The notes under the pieces: generated by a model
The model's database searches: none
What the model saw: the letters and a program-made list of their open reading frames with translations, nothing else
Told to the model about the DNA's origin: nothing
Program-made: the position numbers and the translations under genes
In this document: positions 27,823-38,120 of the stretch, piece by piece
Numbering within the stretch: position 1 is the stretch's first letter
Layout: each line of letters begins with the position of its first letter
Source: Caulobacteraceae bacterium
GTDB taxonomy: Bacteria; Pseudomonadota; Alphaproteobacteria; Caulobacterales; Caulobacteraceae
Assembly: GCA_020852035.1 (NCBI GenBank)
Contig: JADZBR010000175.1
Location: 1 to 57,838, forward strand
Direction of reading: 5' to 3'
DNA length: 57,838 bases

Positions 27823-29321
27823 ATCACGACGAGATCAATCCGTCCCAGCGGACCCTGATCACCGTGGCGGTGATCCTGGTGACCATCCTGTCCTCGGTCG
27901 CCTCGACCATCGCCAACGTCGTCTTGCCGCAGATCCGCGCCAGCACCGCCGCGGCCCAGGACCAGGTGAGTTGGGTGCTGACCTCGTACATTCTCGCCGG
28001 GGTGCTGGCGACGCCGGCGATCGGCTGGCTCGAGGACAAGTTCGGCAGGCGCAATCTGATGCTGGCCGCCGTCGCCGGCTTCGGCCTCGCCTCCACCCTC
28101 TGCGGCCTGGCCAGCAACATCTACGCGATGGTCGGCTTTCGCCTCATGCAAGGGGCGTTCGGGGCGATCTTCGTACCCATGGCGCAGGCGATACTTCTCG
28201 ACATCAACCCGCCGCACAAGCACGGCGAGGCGATGTCCATCTGGGGCATGGGCGCGGTTCTGGGGCCGATCCTCGGGCCTGTGCTGGGCGGTTGGCTGAC
28301 CGACAATTTCTCCTGGCGCTGGGTGTTCTTCATGAACCTGCCGCTGGTGGCCGTGGCCTTCCTGATGATCGGCGCCACCCTGTCGGCGCAGCCACCGAAA
28401 GCGGCGCGTAGGTTCGACGTGTTCGGCTATGTCGCTCTGGCGCTGGGGTTGGCCGGACTGCAGGCCCTGCTGGACCGGGGGCCCGGGCAGGAGTGGTTCG
28501 CCTCGCCGGAGATCTGGACCTACCTGGCGGTCTGCCTGCTGGGCTGTTGGGTGTTCGGGGTTCACCTGGCGACCAAGCCGCATGGCGCCTTGTTCGACCG
28601 CAGCGTGCTGTCCGACGTCAATTTCATCGTCGCCTCGGCGATGATCATCTTCGTCGGCATCCTCCTGTTCGCCGGCGCGGCCGTGCTGCCGACGCTGCTG
28701 CAGAGCCTGCTCGGCTATCCGGTCCTGCACACCGGGCTGGTGCAGCTCCCGCGCGGCCTGGGCTCGTTCCTGGCGATGTTCCTGGTCGGGCGGCTGGTCG
28801 GGCGGTTCGACAACCGGCTCATCGTCCTGGCGGGGGTGGCCCTGACCGGCTGGTCCTACCTGGAGATGTCACACTTCTCGCTGCAGATGGATGAGCGCCT
28901 GGTGCTGGTCTCCGGCTTCCTGCAAGGCCTCGGCGTTGGCCTGGTGTTCGTGCCGCTTTCGGCCCTGGCCTTCGCCACCATCGCCCCGGCGCTTCGCACC
29001 GAAGCGGCCTCGCTCTTCACCCTCCTGCGCAACGTCGGCAGCAGCGTCGGCATCTCGATGGTCGGGGCGCTGCAGATCTACAACTCAACAATCGTCCAGG
29101 CGCGGCTGCTCGAAAAGGCCACGCCGGACAATCAGAACATCATCGCCTCGGGAATCGATCTGAACACCACGCAAAGTCTGGCGATGTTCGCCAAGCGGGT
29201 CGCCCAGCAAGCTTCGATGGTCGCCTATATCGACAGCTTTCACCTCCTCTACTGGCTGTGCATCCTGATGGCGCCGCTGATCCTGTTCCTGCGCAAGCCG
29301 AAGGCTTCGACGAATGCTTAA
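27819..29321 (+). CDS. DHA2 (EmrB/QacA) MFS efflux transporter
   Basis: TIANVVLP, WVLTSY, FRLMQG, GPILGPVLGGWLTDNFSWRWVFFMNLP; GTGA overlap with the upstream stop. Confidence 0.92.
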   Translation: MNHDEINPSQRTLITVAVILVTILSSVASTIANVVLPQIRASTAAAQDQVSWVLTSYILAGVLATPAIGWLEDKFGRRNLMLAAVAGFGLASTLCGLASNIYAMVGFRLMQGAFGAIFVPMAQAILLDINPPHKHGEAMSIWGMGAVLGPILGPVLGGWLTDNFSWRWVFFMNLPLVAVAFLMIGATLSAQPPKAARRFDVFGYVALALGLAGLQALLDRGPGQEWFASPEIWTYLAVCLLGCWVFGVHLATKPHGALFDRSVLSDVNFIVASAMIIFVGILLFAGAAVLPTLLQSLLGYPVLHTGLVQLPRGLGSFLAMFLVGRLVGRFDNRLIVLAGVALTGWSYLEMSHFSLQMDERLVLVSGFLQGLGVGLVFVPLSALAFATIAPALRTEAASLFTLLRNVGSSVGISMVGALQIYNSTIVQARLLEKATPDNQNIIASGIDLNTTQSLAMFAKRVAQQASMVAYIDSFHLLYWLCILMAPLILFLRKPKASTNA

Positions 29322-30729
29322 ACCTTCCGCATTCCTCTTGGGATGCACGCTGCTGTGCGGCTGCACGACGGTGGGCCCGGACTTCGAACGGCCCGCTGCG
29401 CCGAAGGTGGCGAGCTACGCCATGGCTGGCGAACCCGCCCCGCGGCTGAAGCTGGAGCCGCAGTCCGCCCCGCCCCAGTGGTGGACCGCCTTCGGCTCGG
29501 ACCAGCTCAACGCGCTGGTCGACGACGCCCTCTCGCGCAACCAGACCCTGGCGTCCGCCGACGCTGCGCTGGAGCGGGCCCGCGCCAACCTCTCGGTTGT
29601 CAGCGGCGGGGCCGGCGTGCAGCTCGACGGCAAGGCCAGCGTGGTGCGCGAACGGGTGAACACCGCCGCCTTCGGCATCGAGGGCTTTCCTAGCCCGACG
29701 ATCTCGCTCTACTCCATCGGGGTCGGGGCCTCGTTCGATTTCGATCTCTTCGGCGGCGAGCGGCGGCGCATCGAAAGCGCCGAAGCCCAGGCCCAGGCGC
29801 AGGCCGCCCGCACCGACGCGGCCTACCTCACCCTGAGCGGCGAGGTGGTGCTGCGCGCCATCGAGATCGCCGCCCTGCGCGAGCAGATCGACGCGCTGGA
29901 GGAGGTGACCGCCGACAGCCGCCGCACCGTCGAGATGACCCGGCGCGCCGTCGAAGCCGGCGGCCTGCCGCGTTCGGCCATCGTCACCGCCCGGGCGCAA
30001 CTGGCCGAGGACGAGGCGCGGCTGCCCGCGCTTCGTCAGCAGCTTGCACAGACGCGCCACGCACTGGCGTTGCTCACCGGGCGCGCGCCGGGCCAGTGGA
30101 GCCCGCCCGACATCGATCTGGCGACCATCAAGGCGCCGGCGGCCGTTCCGCTCGGCGTGCCGTCCGAACTGGTGCGCCGGCGACCGGATATCCTGGCGGC
30201 CGAAGCCCGGCTGCATGCCGCGACGGCGGATATCGGGGTGGCGACCGCAGCCCTCTACCCCCAGCTTCGCCTGACCCCGGATTTCACGCTGGCGGCCCTC
30301 GATCCCAGCGACGTGCTCAACTACCAGAGCAGCGGCTGGATACTGGGCCCGTCATTGACCTTCCCGATCTTCCGTGGCGGTCAACTGCGAGCGCAAAAGC
30401 GCGGGGCGGAGGCGACGCGCAACCAGGCCCTGGCCGACTACCGGCAGACCGTCCTGGTCGCCTTCGCCCAGGTCGCCGATCTGCTGCACGCCGCTGCGCA
30501 GGACCAGGCTTTGACGGAGGCCCAGGCGCGCGCCTCGCAAGCCGCCGGCGAAAATGCCCGCTTGGCCAACCTGGCCTATCAGAACGGCGCCGGCTCACTG
30601 CTCTCCGTCCTGGACGCGCACCGGCAGGCGCAGCGCGCCAGGCTGGCCTCGATCGAGGCGCAAGCAAGGCTACGCCGCGACCTGGCGGCGTTGTTCGTCG
30701 CGTCAGCGGCCGATTGGCGAGGGAGCTGA
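29314..30729 (+). CDS. Outer-membrane efflux lipoprotein (NodT/OprM family)
   Basis: Lipobox LCGC-TTVGPDFERP; WWTAF; PSELVRRRPDILAAE; ADIGVATAALYP. Confidence 0.92.
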   Translation: MLKPSAFLLGCTLLCGCTTVGPDFERPAAPKVASYAMAGEPAPRLKLEPQSAPPQWWTAFGSDQLNALVDDALSRNQTLASADAALERARANLSVVSGGAGVQLDGKASVVRERVNTAAFGIEGFPSPTISLYSIGVGASFDFDLFGGERRRIESAEAQAQAQAARTDAAYLTLSGEVVLRAIEIAALREQIDALEEVTADSRRTVEMTRRAVEAGGLPRSAIVTARAQLAEDEARLPALRQQLAQTRHALALLTGRAPGQWSPPDIDLATIKAPAAVPLGVPSELVRRRPDILAAEARLHAATADIGVATAALYPQLRLTPDFTLAALDPSDVLNYQSSGWILGPSLTFPIFRGGQLRAQKRGAEATRNQALADYRQTVLVAFAQVADLLHAAAQDQALTEAQARASQAAGENARLANLAYQNGAGSLLSVLDAHRQAQRARLASIEAQARLRRDLAALFVASAADWRGS

Positions 30730-30764
30730 GCGTGGGGCGTCAACCTCGCACCGCATGCACTAGT

Positions 30765-30910
30765 TATCGTTGCTACGAAGGTTGTTCGCCTGGGGGGACC
30801 GTCTGAACGAAGTGGGGTTGCGACACACCTACGTCCTCGGAGGGCCCCGGATGAACGTCCACAAGAATGCGCGGCTGACGCCGCGTGGTCGAGCCGTATT
30901 GGTGCATCGC
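30765..30910 (+). mobile_element. IS481-family remnant (left end plus first ~20 transposase codons)
   Basis: ATG 30851 MNVHKNARLTPRGRAVLVHR is an IS481-type transposase N-terminus; IR-like TATCGTTGCTACGAAGGTTGTTC is preceded by ACTAGT (NCTAGN target type). Confidence 0.8.
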
Positions 30911-30929
30911 TCTTGGCTTGCGAGCCGGC

Positions 30930-33149
30930 TCACCAGCGCTTGGCGATCGAGACGCCGTAGGTGCGCGGGGCGTTGTAGTTGCGGTTGCCGTAGCCGAGCG
31001 CGGGCAGGTCGAGGCCCTGGGTCAGGTGGCGCTCGTCGCTGAGGTTCTTGCCCCAGAGGGCCAGCTCCAGCCCGCTCTCCTCGCCGATCAGCGAGACCCG
31101 GCCGTCCCAGCTCCAGTAGCTCTCCTGGCGGACCAGCGGGTCGTTGATCGCGTCCTTGAAGGCGTCGTCGGAATAGTGACCGGCGCCTTGCAGAGCGACG
31201 CGCCAGCCTTCGCTCACCGCCCGCTCGTAGCGGGCCTGCAGGTTGAAGGTCACCTTCGGCGCGTTGGGCAGGCGGTTGCCGGCCGCCACCGGGCCGTCGG
31301 CGGTGGTGAAGGCGCCGAGCTCGGCGTGCAGCAGGCCGACGCCGGCCTGCAGGGTCAGCCCCTCCAGCGCCGCCGGCCGCCAGACAGCCTCGGCGTCGAG
31401 CCCATAGAGCTCGGCCTTGCCGACATTGCCCAGGCGCTGGATCGGCAGGGCGCCGGAGGTGTCGCGGATGAAGGTCTGGACGTCCTTGTAGTCGTAGTAG
31501 AAGGCGCTGGCCGAGAGGCTGAGGCCCGCCTCCAGCACGCGCGTCTTCCAGCCGGCCTCATAGGCGATCAGCCGCTCCGGCTCATAGGCCTGAAGCTGGG
31601 CGCTGGAGGTGGCGAAGCCGGAGAAGAAGCCGCCGCTCTTCACCCCCTGCGAGGCGCTGACGTAGAGCAGGGTGAGCGGCGTCGGCTTGTAGTTGAGGCC
31701 GAGCTTCCAGGACCAGTTCCTGTCGCGGATGGTGTCGTCGACGAAGGCGATGCGGATCGGCGAGGTTCCGCAGGGCGCCATCGTCAGGAAGCTGGCCGGG
31801 CAGAGCGCGACCAGGTCGTGCACCTCGCCGAGGTTCGACTTCTTCTCCCAGGTGTAGCGCAGGCCGGTGACCAGGCTGAGCCGGTCAGAGAGTGTCCATT
31901 CGGCATGGGCGAAGGCGGCGGCCGAGGTGGTCTCCTGGTCGGCGGTGCTGAGCAGGCGCGTGTTGAAGAGGTTCTCGAAGAAGGCCGGCGTGTAGACCCG
32001 TACGCCGTCACGCGAATAGAAGCCGCCGACCAGCCAGTTGGCGCGGCCGGTCTCGCCCGAGAGGCGCAGCTCCTGCGAGAGCTGGTGCACCTTGTCCGTC
32101 TGGATGAAGTCGGTCAGCCGCAGGGGCGAGGCGTCGGTGTCGATATAGAAGCTGCGCGCGAAGTTGGCGTAGCCGGTGACCGAGGTCAGGGTCGCCTCGC
32201 CGATCTTGCGCTCGATACGCAGCGTCGCGCCCACCTGGTCGATGTCGTAGAAGTGCTCGCCCGACCAGTCACCGGTGAAGGGATCGCCGTCCGGGTCCGA
32301 ATAGCCGAACAGGTTGGCGCAGGCCGGGTCGCCCGGGCAGGGCGCGCCGGGCGTGGGGGCGTAGCCGAAGAACTCCCCCTGCCCCATCTCCGAGCGGGCG
32401 CGCTGGCCCTCGATCTTGAAGATCACGTCGAGGTCTTCCGAGGGCGTCCAGCGCAGTTGGGCGCGGCCGAGCGCCAGCTTGCGGCGGCCGATGTCCTCGC
32501 CGATCACGCGGTTGAACCAGTAGCCCTCGCCCTGACGGATACCCTTGGCGGCCAGCCGCAGCGCGACGGTCTCGCCGAGCGGCACGTTGACCATCCCCTC
32601 GATGTCGGCCGCCTCATAGTTGCCGTAGGACGCGGCCGCGCGGGCCGAGAAGCCGGCGAGCGAGGGCCGGGCGGTGAGGATATTCAGGGCGCCGGCCGTC
32701 GAGTTGCGGCCATAGAGCGTGCCCTGCGGCCCCTTCAGCAGTTCGACCCGCTCGACGTCGAAGAAGTCGAAGCTCATCTGCGCCAGCGAGGCCAGATAGA
32801 CCTCGTCGATATAGATGCCGGCCGAGGGGTTGTTGGTGGACGAGAAGTCGTCGAGCCCCACGCCGCGCACGGTGATCACCGGCATGGCGCCCGGCGCCTG
32901 TTCCTTGACGTCGAGGTTGGGGGTCAGGGCGGCCAGGTCGCGCACCTGCTCCACCCGCCGGCCTGCCACCTGCTCGGCGGCGACCACCGAGACCGAGCCG
33001 CCGACGTCCAAGAGGTCCTGGGTGCGCTTCTGGGCGGTGACGGTGACCTCCGCCACCTCGGTCGCCTCCTGCGCCAGGGCCGCGCCCGGCAGGGCGGCGC
33101 TGGTCAGCAGCGCAAGACGCAACAGCTTCGCCGGCATGGAACGGGACAT
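30930..33149 (-). CDS. TonB-dependent receptor
   Basis: Signal peptide; EVTVTAQKR, RVELLKGPQGTLYGRN, PRTYGVSIAKRW. Confidence 0.93.
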   Translation of the reverse strand: MSRSMPAKLLRLALLTSAALPGAALAQEATEVAEVTVTAQKRTQDLLDVGGSVSVVAAEQVAGRRVEQVRDLAALTPNLDVKEQAPGAMPVITVRGVGLDDFSSTNNPSAGIYIDEVYLASLAQMSFDFFDVERVELLKGPQGTLYGRNSTAGALNILTARPSLAGFSARAAASYGNYEAADIEGMVNVPLGETVALRLAAKGIRQGEGYWFNRVIGEDIGRRKLALGRAQLRWTPSEDLDVIFKIEGQRARSEMGQGEFFGYAPTPGAPCPGDPACANLFGYSDPDGDPFTGDWSGEHFYDIDQVGATLRIERKIGEATLTSVTGYANFARSFYIDTDASPLRLTDFIQTDKVHQLSQELRLSGETGRANWLVGGFYSRDGVRVYTPAFFENLFNTRLLSTADQETTSAAAFAHAEWTLSDRLSLVTGLRYTWEKKSNLGEVHDLVALCPASFLTMAPCGTSPIRIAFVDDTIRDRNWSWKLGLNYKPTPLTLLYVSASQGVKSGGFFSGFATSSAQLQAYEPERLIAYEAGWKTRVLEAGLSLSASAFYYDYKDVQTFIRDTSGALPIQRLGNVGKAELYGLDAEAVWRPAALEGLTLQAGVGLLHAELGAFTTADGPVAAGNRLPNAPKVTFNLQARYERAVSEGWRVALQGAGHYSDDAFKDAINDPLVRQESYWSWDGRVSLIGEESGLELALWGKNLSDERHLTQGLDLPALGYGNRNYNAPRTYGVSIAKRW

Positions 33150-33315
33150 CGATTCATCCTCCCCGTGATTGGTGCGGGCGCTCAGGACGCCCTCTCTACG
33201 TTTTGACAGTGAAGTATGGATGCATAACCACATGCAAGAAGGGGCTTGTCAAGAAATTCAACACTGGCGTATGCTGACCAAACTGGTCGTAAAGCCGAGG
33301 GAGGGCTGCGCGCCG

Positions 33316-34590
33316 ATGCCCAAGCCCCGTCCTGAACCGGTCCCGGAACCCGTCGTCCGCCCGACCCGCAAGCGCAGCCTGAAGCGCGAGGCGCTGCTTG
33401 TCCGCGCCACGGAGCTGTTCAATCTGAAGGGGATCGGCGCCACCTCGATCGGCGACGTCGCCGCCGAACTCGGGCTCACCCGGGCGGCGCTCTACTACTA
33501 TGTGGAGGACCGCGACGCCCTGGTCTTCCAGTGCTACCTGCGCGCCTGCGAGCAAACGGCCGAGGACCTGGCCCTCGCCGCCGAGGCTAACGACGGCCTG
33601 AGCCGCGTGCTCGATTTCGTCGAGCGCCAGGCCGAGCCCAGTCGACCGGCCGCCGCGGTGCTCAGCGAGACCCGCGCCCTGCCGCCCGCCCAGCGCGAGG
33701 TGGTCGAGGCGGCGCAGGCCCGCAACGCCGCCCTCCTGCAGGCGATGGTCGCCGGGGGCGTCGCCGATGGCAGCATCCGACCCTGCGACGCCGAGATCGT
33801 CGCCCAGGCGATCCTCGGGATGCTGGCCTGGGCGCAGCTGTCGCCGCACTGGGTACGCAGCGTCGGCGGCCGCAGCTTCCGCGCCCGCACCGCCCGAGCG
33901 CTCACCGCCATGCTGCACCACGGCGACGGCGCGCCCGGCCGCCCGGCCCCGGCCTGCCCGGTGGCGATCGAGAGTTTCCTGCCCGGCCCGATCAACGCCT
34001 TCGACCGGCGTGAGGCGGCCGAGATGAAGACCACCCAGCTGATCGCCGCGGCCTCGCAGCTCTTCAACCGCCACGGCATCGAGGCGACCTCGCTGGAAGA
34101 TGTCAGCGCCGCGCTGGGGGCCACCAAGGGTGTCGTCTACCACTACATGCAGGACAAGACCGACCTCGTCATCCGCTGCTACCAGCGCGCCTTCAGCCTC
34201 TACGACGCCTTCGCCCTGGCCGCCCGCCGGCACGGCGCCGACGGCCACGCGCGGGCGATGATCGGCGCGCACCTCAACGTCCAGGCGCAGGTCAGCGCGC
34301 TATCGCCGCTGATGCCGCAGCCGGGCCTCGACGCCCTGCCCGAGCCGCACCGCAGCGAGCTCACCGTCCGCGCCCGGGGCCTGCGCACCCGTTTCGCCGG
34401 CTTCATACGCCAGGCGATCGCCGACGGCAGCGGGCGCGACTGCGACGTTCTGGTGCTCTCGCAGATCGGGGCCGGGGCCTTCGGCTGGCTGCCCAAGTGG
34501 GTGGCGCCGGACGACCCGCGCCCGCCCGCCCGCTTCGGCGACGAGATCGTCGCCCTCTTCACCTTCGGCCTTTCCGCGAGACGTTCATGA
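33316..34590 (+). CDS. Tandem double-TetR regulator (two HTH plus ligand-binding units)
   Basis: HTH1 ATELFNLKGIGATSIGDVAAELGLTRAALYYYV; HTH2 ASQLFNRHGIEATSLEDVSAALGATKGVVYHYM. Confidence 0.88.
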   Translation: MPKPRPEPVPEPVVRPTRKRSLKREALLVRATELFNLKGIGATSIGDVAAELGLTRAALYYYVEDRDALVFQCYLRACEQTAEDLALAAEANDGLSRVLDFVERQAEPSRPAAAVLSETRALPPAQREVVEAAQARNAALLQAMVAGGVADGSIRPCDAEIVAQAILGMLAWAQLSPHWVRSVGGRSFRARTARALTAMLHHGDGAPGRPAPACPVAIESFLPGPINAFDRREAAEMKTTQLIAAASQLFNRHGIEATSLEDVSAALGATKGVVYHYMQDKTDLVIRCYQRAFSLYDAFALAARRHGADGHARAMIGAHLNVQAQVSALSPLMPQPGLDALPEPHRSELTVRARGLRTRFAGFIRQAIADGSGRDCDVLVLSQIGAGAFGWLPKWVAPDDPRPPARFGDEIVALFTFGLSARRS

Positions 34591-35765
34591 GCCTGATCAA
34601 GATCGATGGCGTCGCGATCGAGGGCGAGGTCGCGCCCGGTTTCGAAGCCGTGGCCGAGCGTTTCGCCGCCAACTTCACGCGGGGCGACGAGCACCGCGAG
34701 ACCGGCGCCTCCTTCGCCGCTTACCGGGATGGCGCGCCGGTGGTCGACATCTGGGCCGGTTGGCGCGATGCGGCCCGCACGCGCCGGTGGACGCGGGACA
34801 CCCTGGTCAACGTCTGGTCGACCACCAAGGGGGTGACCGCCATCGCCCTGGCCATGCTGGTCGACCGCGGCCTGATCGACTACGACGCGCCGGTCGCCGA
34901 CTACTGGCCGGCCTTCGCGCAAGCCGGCAAGGGCGAGATCACCGTTTCGCAGCTGCTCTCCCACCAGGCCGGCCTGCCGGGCTTTGTCGAACCCACCCCG
35001 CTCGCCGACTTCTACGACTGGGCGACGGTGACCGAGCGCCTCGCCGCCCAGGCGCCGATGTGGCCGGCGGGCGAGAAGAACTCCTACCACGCCATGACCT
35101 ACGGCTTCCTGGCCGGCGAGCTGATCCGCCGGGCCAGCGGCAAGAGCGTCGGCGCCTTCCTCGCCGAGGAGATCGCCAGCCCGCTGGGCGCCGACATCCT
35201 CATCGGCCTGCCGGAGGCCGAGGAGCCCCGCATCGCCACCATGCTGGGGCCGAGGACGCCCGCGCCCTTCGACCCTGACCAGTTGCCGCCGGAAGCCGCC
35301 GCGGCGATCTCCAACCCCGAGATGCGGCCCGACCTGCCGCACGCCCGCGCCTGGCGCGCGGCCGAGATCCCGGCCGGCAACGGCCACGCCTCGGCCGCGG
35401 GCCTCGCCCGGCTCTACGCCGCGGTCGCCGGCGGCGGGACGTTGGACGGCGTGCGGCTGATGTCACGCGGGACGATCGCGCGGCTGACCGAGGTTCAAAC
35501 CGAGCGCGAGGACATCATGCTGGGCTTCAAGCCGTTCTGGGCCCACGGGGTGGCGCTGAACGACGCTGGCGTATTCGGCCCCAATCCGCGCGCCTTCGGC
35601 CACTCCGGCTGGGGCGGTTCCTTCGCCTGCGCGGACGTCGAGAACCGTCTTTCCATCGCCTACGCGATGAATCAGATGGGCGCTGGCCTCGTGGGGGATC
35701 CGCGGGCCGTCGAGCTTTGCCACACCCTGTATGACTGTCTCGAGCGCAAAGCCGTCAGCCGATAG
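34587..35765 (+). CDS. Serine hydrolase / family VIII-type esterase (beta-lactamase class C fold)
   Basis: WSTTK (SxxK), LLSHQAGL, YHAMTYG, FGHSGWGGS; ATGA overlap with the TetR stop. Confidence 0.9.
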   Translation: MSLIKIDGVAIEGEVAPGFEAVAERFAANFTRGDEHRETGASFAAYRDGAPVVDIWAGWRDAARTRRWTRDTLVNVWSTTKGVTAIALAMLVDRGLIDYDAPVADYWPAFAQAGKGEITVSQLLSHQAGLPGFVEPTPLADFYDWATVTERLAAQAPMWPAGEKNSYHAMTYGFLAGELIRRASGKSVGAFLAEEIASPLGADILIGLPEAEEPRIATMLGPRTPAPFDPDQLPPEAAAAISNPEMRPDLPHARAWRAAEIPAGNGHASAAGLARLYAAVAGGGTLDGVRLMSRGTIARLTEVQTEREDIMLGFKPFWAHGVALNDAGVFGPNPRAFGHSGWGGSFACADVENRLSIAYAMNQMGAGLVGDPRAVELCHTLYDCLERKAVSR

Positions 35766-35852
35766 TTGACTTCGCCGCAGCCTCTGCGCGCCACCAGCGG
35801 AAGTTCGCGTAGCCCGGATAGTGGACTTTGCGTCCTGTTGACTCGCCGGGGG

Positions 35853-38009
35853 TCAGAACCTTCCCGAGATCAGGAACCCGACGACGCGCGAGCCCTCGGG
35901 ACCGCCCAGCGCCTCGCGTTCCTCGATTCTCTGCACCTGCCCTGTGCTGCGGTCGCCGACGAAAAAGGTTCGGGTCCGCTCCTCCGACGAGACAAAGAGA
36001 TTGTTGAGATAGAGCCGCACCGTCACCGGCTTGATGGCCGTGGTCTCGACGAAAAGATCGAGCCGCGGCTTTGGCCGCACGTATTCTATGATCTCGGCGC
36101 GGCGGTACTCCGCCCGGCCCGCCCACTGGAAGAGCGTCGCTCCCCAGGCCGACGAGAGGCCGGGCAGGTTATGCCGGTAGCTCACCAGATAGGCCCAGTC
36201 CTTGTCGCCGCCGTTCAGCGTGGCCGAGCCCGACGGCGTGGTCTGGCGCTCCAGCGGGATGGAGAACGAGCGGCGCTCGCCGGTGACCGGGTCAGTCACA
36301 CGCGTGCGCTGATAGAGTCCGCTCAGGCGCAGCTCGGCGTTGGGCAGGCCAAACGGGCCAAGCGGCAAGGTGGCCCGCGCCTCGACGCCCCGGCGCGAGC
36401 CCTTGCCGATGTTCCCATAGGCGTCGAGCCCGCCGATATCGACCAGGTCGTGCACGTCCTCCACCCGGTCGGCGAAAGCTGCGAGGTTCAACACCGCGCG
36501 GCCCTCGAACCGTCGGTCCCATTCGATGCGGGCCTTCCAGGCGCGCTGGGGCGCCAGGTCGGGGTTGCCCTGGATGGTCGAGGTGTTGAGGAAGTCGACC
36601 GCGCTCGAGAACTCGGCGAAATCGAGCTGGGCCACGTCGCGCTGCACGATCAGGCGCAGAGTGCTGCGTTCGTCGATCACATAGGTCGCCGAGGCGCGGG
36701 GCTTGAGGTAGCGAAAACTGCGCGCCTTCTCCTGGTCGCCGGTCTGGGTGATGCGCGAAAGCTCGAAATTCACCCCGCCTTCCACGGTGAGCTTGGGGCT
36801 GATCGTCCAGATGTCGGTGGCGAACACCTCGCCGCGCACCTCCTCTACCCGGGCGTCCGAGACCGCCAGCTGGACCGGAATCGCCGGACCGCCCTGGGCC
36901 TGGTTGACGATGTCGAGGGTCGTGTCGCGGAAGTTGAAGGCGCCCTCGCCGCCGAACTCCAGGGTGTGCTGTTCGTTCAGGCTCCACTTGACCTGGGCCC
37001 GGCCGATCCGCTCGCCGCTGCGTGTCGTGCGATCCTGGGTCCGCGTCAGCCGGGTCGCCGGCGCGGTGAATATCTCGAAGCGGTCGTTCTGGTCGACGCT
37101 GGTGTTGGAGACGAGGCCGATCAGCTTCACCGAGAGGGCGGGGCTGAATCGATGTTCCCAGTCACCGCCGAGTTCGGCCGAATAGTTGTTGTCGAACTCT
37201 GTCCGTCCGTCGAGCGAGCTGCGCAGGGCGCCGGCGGGCGTGGCCTCGAACTGCACGGAATCCGACGCATTCCAGACCGGCGCGTCCTGCAGGTTCAGGT
37301 TCACGGTGTCGGCCGGGGTCGGTCGCCAGCCGAGATGGGCCGAGCCCTGCAGGCTCATGTTGTCGGCCTGATTGACCTGATGGCGGGTCGCGGTGAGCGC
37401 GCCGTTCGCGGCAAGGAACCGGTCGTGGCTGACCCCCCGGCCGAGGGTGTTGGGCGACTGGATATCCAGAGAGAGCTCGGCGTTGGGCGACAGCCGCAGG
37501 GTGCGTGAGGCCTGCAGGGCCCAGCCGATGCGGTTGGAATACTGGATGTGCCTCAGCCCGGCGACGAACGTCGTCCCGCCGGACGCACGGGCGTCCTGCT
37601 TCACCACCACATTGACGATCTGCGCCTGGCCGCGAACATCCACCGCCGCATCGCTGCCGGAGAGCAGCTCGATGCGCAGCACGTTGGCTGCGGGAATCCG
37701 CTTCAGCAGTTCCGACGCGACGGTCTTGGAACTCGGCCGCTCGCCGTTGATCAAGAGGTTGCCGGCCGAGCCGCCGAACCCGCGCCGATCGTCGCCGTCG
37801 CGCAGCTCGAAGCCCGGAACCCGCGCGACCATGTCCGCCGCGGTGATCGGGTTGTAGGGGACAAAGAAGGTCGCCGGGAAGGATTGGTCGCCATCGCTTG
37901 CCGGCGCCGCGACCTCCTGCGCCGCCGCATAGAAGGGGAGACCCGCGGTGGCCGCCAGCGCCGAGGCCAAAAGCAACCACCTCGAACGGCGGCTTCGCAG
38001 CTGCCCCAT
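35853..38009 (-). CDS. TonB-dependent receptor (short-plug type)
   Basis: Signal peptide; TAADMVARVPGF, RRGFGGSAGNLLINGERPSSK, GNPDLAPQ, C-terminal F. Confidence 0.88.
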   Translation of the reverse strand: MGQLRSRRSRWLLLASALAATAGLPFYAAAQEVAAPASDGDQSFPATFFVPYNPITAADMVARVPGFELRDGDDRRGFGGSAGNLLINGERPSSKTVASELLKRIPAANVLRIELLSGSDAAVDVRGQAQIVNVVVKQDARASGGTTFVAGLRHIQYSNRIGWALQASRTLRLSPNAELSLDIQSPNTLGRGVSHDRFLAANGALTATRHQVNQADNMSLQGSAHLGWRPTPADTVNLNLQDAPVWNASDSVQFEATPAGALRSSLDGRTEFDNNYSAELGGDWEHRFSPALSVKLIGLVSNTSVDQNDRFEIFTAPATRLTRTQDRTTRSGERIGRAQVKWSLNEQHTLEFGGEGAFNFRDTTLDIVNQAQGGPAIPVQLAVSDARVEEVRGEVFATDIWTISPKLTVEGGVNFELSRITQTGDQEKARSFRYLKPRASATYVIDERSTLRLIVQRDVAQLDFAEFSSAVDFLNTSTIQGNPDLAPQRAWKARIEWDRRFEGRAVLNLAAFADRVEDVHDLVDIGGLDAYGNIGKGSRRGVEARATLPLGPFGLPNAELRLSGLYQRTRVTDPVTGERRSFSIPLERQTTPSGSATLNGGDKDWAYLVSYRHNLPGLSSAWGATLFQWAGRAEYRRAEIIEYVRPKPRLDLFVETTAIKPVTVRLYLNNLFVSSEERTRTFFVGDRSTGQVQRIEEREALGGPEGSRVVGFLISGRF

Positions 38010-38030
38010 GAAATCCCCCGAATGAAATAT

Positions 38031-38049
38031 GAGTTTAATTATTGAACCC
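38031..38049. promoter_or_regulatory. Imperfect palindrome between the divergent TBDR and HxlR genes (putative operator)
   Basis: GAGTTTAAT-T-ATTGAACCC. Confidence 0.45.
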
Positions 38050-38120
38050 ACTATGCGAGGGTGCCCCGCCCGGGTCAATGGCGCTGGGCGTGATTTTCCT
38101 GAAAGGCGAGGTGCGAAGCG

